A DNA stretch of 64,000 bases, taken from the sequence record MK562504.1. The stretch is one strand, 5' to 3'. The translations under genes and the position numbers were made by a program. The DNA is from Enterobacteria phage CHB7. How positions within the stretch are numbered: the stretch's first letter is position 1; the number at the start of each line of letters is the position of its first letter. The notes beneath the pieces were generated by a model, which was not told where the DNA came from, ran no database searches, and saw nothing but the letters and a program-made list of their open reading frames with translations. Shown here one piece after another: positions 61,473 through 64,000 of the stretch.

Positions 61473-61547
61473 TGGAGCATCCAGAGGGAATCGAACCCTC
61501 AACCTCAGTTTGGAAGACTGTAATTTTCCCGTTTAAACTATGGATGC
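61473..61547 (-). tRNA. tRNA-Gly (UCC)
   Basis: Anticodon loop CTTCCAA, T-loop TTCGATT, CCA. Confidence 0.6.
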
Positions 61548-61553
61548 ACTAAT

Positions 61554-61629
61554 TGGTGGAGAAGCAGGGAATTGAACCCTGTACTTAAGTTTGCAAAACT
61601 TATGTTTTAACCATGTAAACTACATCCCC
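61554..61629 (-). tRNA. tRNA-Ala (UGC)
   Basis: Anticodon loop TTTGCAA; G3-U70 wobble in the acceptor stem; T-loop TTCAATT; CCA. Confidence 0.65.
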
Positions 61630-61635
61630 AATGTT

Positions 61636-61711
61636 TGGTACAGGTGGAGGGAATTGAACCCATCGTCTTACTGATTAAGAGTCAGCCGCATAACCATTTT
61701 GCTACACCTGC
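61636..61711 (-). tRNA. tRNA-Lys (CUU)
   Basis: Anticodon loop CTCTTAA, T-loop TTCAATT, CCA. Confidence 0.6.
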
Positions 61712-61718
61712 ATTAATT

Positions 61719-61796
61719 TGGTAGGAGACAAGGGATTCGAACCCTCAAACACCAACTTCTAAGGATGGTAGGTTTACCAATTACCGTCAATCTCCC
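61719..61796 (-). tRNA. tRNA with anticodon UAG (Leu by anticodon), short variable region
   Basis: Anticodon loop CTTAGAA in an arm nearly identical to the Val(UAC) tRNA; T-loop TTCGAAT; CCA. Confidence 0.5.
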
Positions 61797-62024
61797 ATTA
61801 AATCTTTGTAGAGAACTGCTAAGACGCCAAAGCAACAATGGTATCAAATGCCTTAACAATTCTCTAAAAAGACCTAACTGGTCTTTGCATAGTCTTGTTT
61901 AATCCGGTGACTAGAACCTTTGGAGAGCTTGATATTATCTCTTCTCCGTGACACCTACTAGGTGCTTTGTTGTGCGTGTACGACAATACACGAGGGAAAC
62001 CGAACGCTGTACCAGAGCGTGGGC

Positions 62025-62366
62025 TTAAATCTTTAAGCTAAGTTCAGTCTTGGACTTGACATCTTTAGCTTTGTAGATGACGACTTTATCAAGTGGTTCA
62101 ATGTAAACAGCTAAGTAATCAACTTGAGAGTTATCAAAATTCATTATTCTATTTTCATTCTTGTTAGAACGAACTCTTTTCAGTTGCACTCTCCAAAGTT
62201 CACCTCTTTTGACTGATGTTGATTTTACCTCAACAGTCTCAATCAAACCATCTTTGTGAACTAGAAAGTCATACTTTGCATTATCTGTAGCTGGTGAATA
62301 CACTTCATAACCTCTTTTGAGGAAAGCTAATTGTGTAGCAATTTCACCTACTGAACCTTTCTTCAT
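62025..62366 (-). CDS. PD-(D/E)xK-type nuclease-like protein (113 aa) inside the tRNA array
   Basis: GSVGEIATQLAFLKRGYEV...DFLV...IETVEVKS has the spacing of a restriction-endonuclease-like core. Start set at ATG 62366 with an AAGGTGGTGA ribosome-binding site; the track extension runs into tRNAs. Confidence 0.45.
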   Translation of the reverse strand: MKKGSVGEIATQLAFLKRGYEVYSPATDNAKYDFLVHKDGLIETVEVKSTSVKRGELWRVQLKRVRSNKNENRIMNFDNSQVDYLAVYIEPLDKVVIYKAKDVKSKTELSLKI

Positions 62367-62388
62367 AATCACCACCTTAAAATTATTT

Positions 62389-62475
62389 TGGCAGAGAGTG
62401 CAGGAGTTGAACCCGTACCGTTTCCAGCAGCACCAGTTTTCAAGGCTGGTTGGTCTCCGTTGACCGCCACTCTCT
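62389..62475 (-). tRNA. tRNA-Ser (UGA), long variable arm
   Basis: Anticodon loop CTTGAAA, extended variable arm, T-loop TTCAACT, CCA. Confidence 0.55.
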
Positions 62476-62488
62476 CCGAAACAATCTT

Positions 62489-62571
62489 TGGCATGGGACG
62501 GAGGAATCGAACCCCTTTGAGTAAGTTTTGGAGGCTTACGCACATGCCTTAGTGTCTTAACATCGTCCCAT
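62489..62571 (-). tRNA. tRNA-Trp (CCA), atypical 83-nt form
   Basis: Anticodon stem GTAAG/CTTAC with loop CTCCAAA; T-loop TTCGATT; CCA; acceptor ATGGGAC/GTCCCAT. About 7 extra nt between acceptor and D-stem. Confidence 0.45.
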
Positions 62572-62713
62572 ATATTATTTCGAAGCTTACCGTATTATCA
62601 CAACACTGTAAAGCCCCTTCTCAGATTATTTACATGTTCTGGAAAACATGAGATACAGACCACCTCCCTACAGGAAGACCCGCTTAGGTCGTCTAAGTAA
62701 TCTGCTAACTATT

Positions 62714-62790
62714 TGGTAGCCAAGGTAGGAGTCGAACCTACTTACTCTCGAAGGTAGCTAACCTTCAGTAACTTTCCGACTTTCGTACAT
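62714..62790 (-). ncRNA. tRNA-like element / possible degenerate tRNA
   Basis: Perfect T-arm (GTAGG-TTCGACT-CCTAC) and 3' ...CTTGGCTACCA, plus a perfect GAAGG-TTAGCTA-CCTTC stem-loop, but I could not pair a 5' acceptor strand at a tRNA-compatible distance. Confidence 0.3.
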
Positions 62791-62840
62791 CTGTTAACAT
62801 GTATTCAGATGGCTTACTAGTGTTGTCTTGACCATTAAAC

Positions 62841-62917
62841 TGGCACACCCTACAGGACTCGAACCTGTAACTCAGTGCTTAGAAGGCACTTGCTCTATCC
62901 AATTGAACTAAGGGTGC
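62841..62917 (-). tRNA. tRNA-Arg (UCU)
   Basis: Perfect anticodon stem AGTGC/GCACT, loop CTTCTAA; T-loop TTCGAGT; CCA. Confidence 0.65.
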
Positions 62918-63167
62918 ATTCTTATCTTTAAAGGCTCTCTTAGAAAACCCTTAAAGATGCCCACATTATTAATCATACCGTGGGCGAGTACGCCAAATTC
63001 TTTGATGAGGGGTTGGAAGACCTCACTGGTGTTTAGCCTATTAAGCTACTGCCAGAAAAACATTATCGTTTGCATTTATTTTAGTTTGCAAAAATAGACG
63101 CTACGCTAACGAAAACTAAGGTTACTATAAAGTGGTCACATCTGAATGTCAACAACTTTATCGAATT

Positions 63168-63243
63168 TGGTAGTGGTAGCAGGAATCGAACCTGCGATGT
63201 TCGGTTATCAGCCGAGTGTTATGACCGTCTTAACTATACCACC
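63168..63243 (-). tRNA. tRNA-Ile (GAU)
   Basis: Anticodon loop CTGATAA, T-loop TTCGATT, CCA. Confidence 0.65.
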
Positions 63244-63245
63244 AT

Positions 63246-63322
63246 TGGAGGTTCAGATGGGATTCGAACCCACATTCATAGGGCTTATGAAACCCTTGCA
63301 TTACCTTATCTGCGACTGAACC
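63246..63322 (-). tRNA. tRNA-Met (CAU)
   Basis: Perfect acceptor GGTTCAG/CTGAACC, anticodon loop TTCATAA, T-loop TTCGAAT, CCA. Initiator, elongator or Ile2 identity not resolved. Confidence 0.65.
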
Positions 63323-63331
63323 ATAATAAGT

Positions 63332-63396
63332 TGCCCTTTGGAGAAGAACTATTGAGTGGGTGTTTCCAGCCGCGCAGGTGTTCTTCAGTTAAGGGC
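63332..63396. other. long imperfect inverted repeat
   Basis: GCCCTT...GAAGAAC...(GC-rich loop CCAGCCGCGCAGG)...GTTCTTC...AAGGGC forms a two-tier stem of about 65 nt between two tRNAs. Confidence 0.35.
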
Positions 63397-63401
63397 TAAT
63401 T

Positions 63402-63477
63402 TGGTAGGAGTGGAGGGATTCGAACCCTTCGCCTGTCAGATTAAAAGTCTGCCGCATCACCATTCTGCTACACTCCC
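63402..63477 (-). tRNA. tRNA-Lys (UUU)
   Basis: Anticodon loop CTTTTAA, T-loop TTCGAAT, CCA. Confidence 0.6.
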
Positions 63478-63659
63478 ATTGAATCATCTTTGCAGTAACC
63501 TACGCAAACCTTGCTAAAGGGTTTGTAGAGTCATTTCCTATTAAGCTAATCTAGAATCATGCTAAGGAAATTCATCGGCACTCATGGGACGACATTTAGC
63601 TCCATAAGTCACTGCAAAGAGGATTACCAGACCGTTGTTTATCTTAAGTGCTCCCATTA

Positions 63660-63745
63660 CACCAACACGCCGTAACGTGTGAAGGAATCGAACCTTCGCC
63701 TTTTCTTTACCAGAGAAATAGATTGTTTTATACTTGCTGTAAACG
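63660..63745 (-). ncRNA. tRNA remnant / pseudo-tRNA (putative)
   Basis: Good T-arm (GAAGG-TTCGATT-CCTTC) and a perfect anticodon-like arm (TTTCT-CTGGTAA-AGAAA), but no matching acceptor stem and no CCA. Confidence 0.25.
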
Positions 63746-63904
63746 GTCTTCTGTAAATTTGTTGAGCCAGACCAAGTTTTAAATTTTTCAAAATTAAATT
63801 GGCTTGAAATTTTTTAAGTTGGCTTGCTGAATTTGGTCTTCTGCTCCTTTAAAGAACACTCGTAAGAACTCTTTAAGGGAGGGGCTAAAAAGCCCTCTCA
63901 AATT

Positions 63905-63982
63905 TGGCGGTTACGAAGGGATTCGAACCCTCATCATCTCCCGTGACAGGGGAGTATTTTAACCAGATTAAACTACATAACC
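63905..63982 (-). tRNA. tRNA-Asp (GUC)
   Basis: Perfect anticodon stem CTCCC/GGGAG, loop CTGTCAC; T-loop TTCGAAT; CCA. Confidence 0.65.
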
Positions 63983-63987
63983 TTTAT

Positions 63988-64000
63988 TTGGTGCGCCGTG
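63988..64000 (-). tRNA. 3' end of a further tRNA truncated by the window edge
   Basis: TGGTGCGCCGTG is the reverse complement of an acceptor 3' strand plus CCA; the rest lies outside the window. Confidence 0.3.

Noticed and set aside
62025-62543. Full 172-aa extent of track ORF 62025..62543
   Set aside because: The N-terminal 59 codons run through tRNA-Ser and tRNA-Trp sequences; a shorter protein from ATG 62366 with a good ribosome-binding site is more plausible.
58926-64000. tRNA cluster as a prophage integration site or host DNA
   Set aside because: No integrase, recombinase or attachment-site-like direct repeats; the tRNAs are densely arrayed, co-oriented with phage genes and interspersed with phage-like ORFs, consistent with a phage-encoded array.

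Overview
This window reads as a contiguous segment of a large, low-GC, tailed lytic phage genome; I found no integrase, host flank or CRISPR array. Gene content suggests a Felix-O1-like myovirus, but that is inference from memory, not a search result. From left to right: (1) a minus-strand early/nucleotide-metabolism block with an rIIA-like GHKL ATPase, an adjacent NadV-like plus PRPP-synthetase-like pair (candidate NAD+ reconstitution module), NrdG, NrdD, a glutaredoxin, NrdB, NrdA, an RNase H/FEN-like nuclease, an acidic-tailed SSB-like protein, a primase-helicase and a dNMP kinase, interspersed with three HNH-AP2 and one GIY-YIG-like endonuclease; (2) a divergent promoter region near 24.7-24.9 kb; (3) a plus-strand block with family-A DNA polymerase, DNA ligase, DHFR, thymidylate synthase and many small genes including a lipoprotein, a secreted protein and an HTH regulator; (4) a minus-strand structural block with tail fibres carrying His-X-His repeats, a baseplate, tape measure, sheath/tube, lambda-like head genes, portal and large terminase; (5) a minus-strand tRNA array of about 21 canonical tRNAs plus several tRNA-like elements, with protein genes embedded. 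The strongest leads are the NadV-like/Prs-like pair and a perfect 127-bp tandem duplication that frameshifts a tail-fibre gene. All product calls rest on motifs read by eye in the supplied translations; no database search or tRNA/RNA folding program was run.
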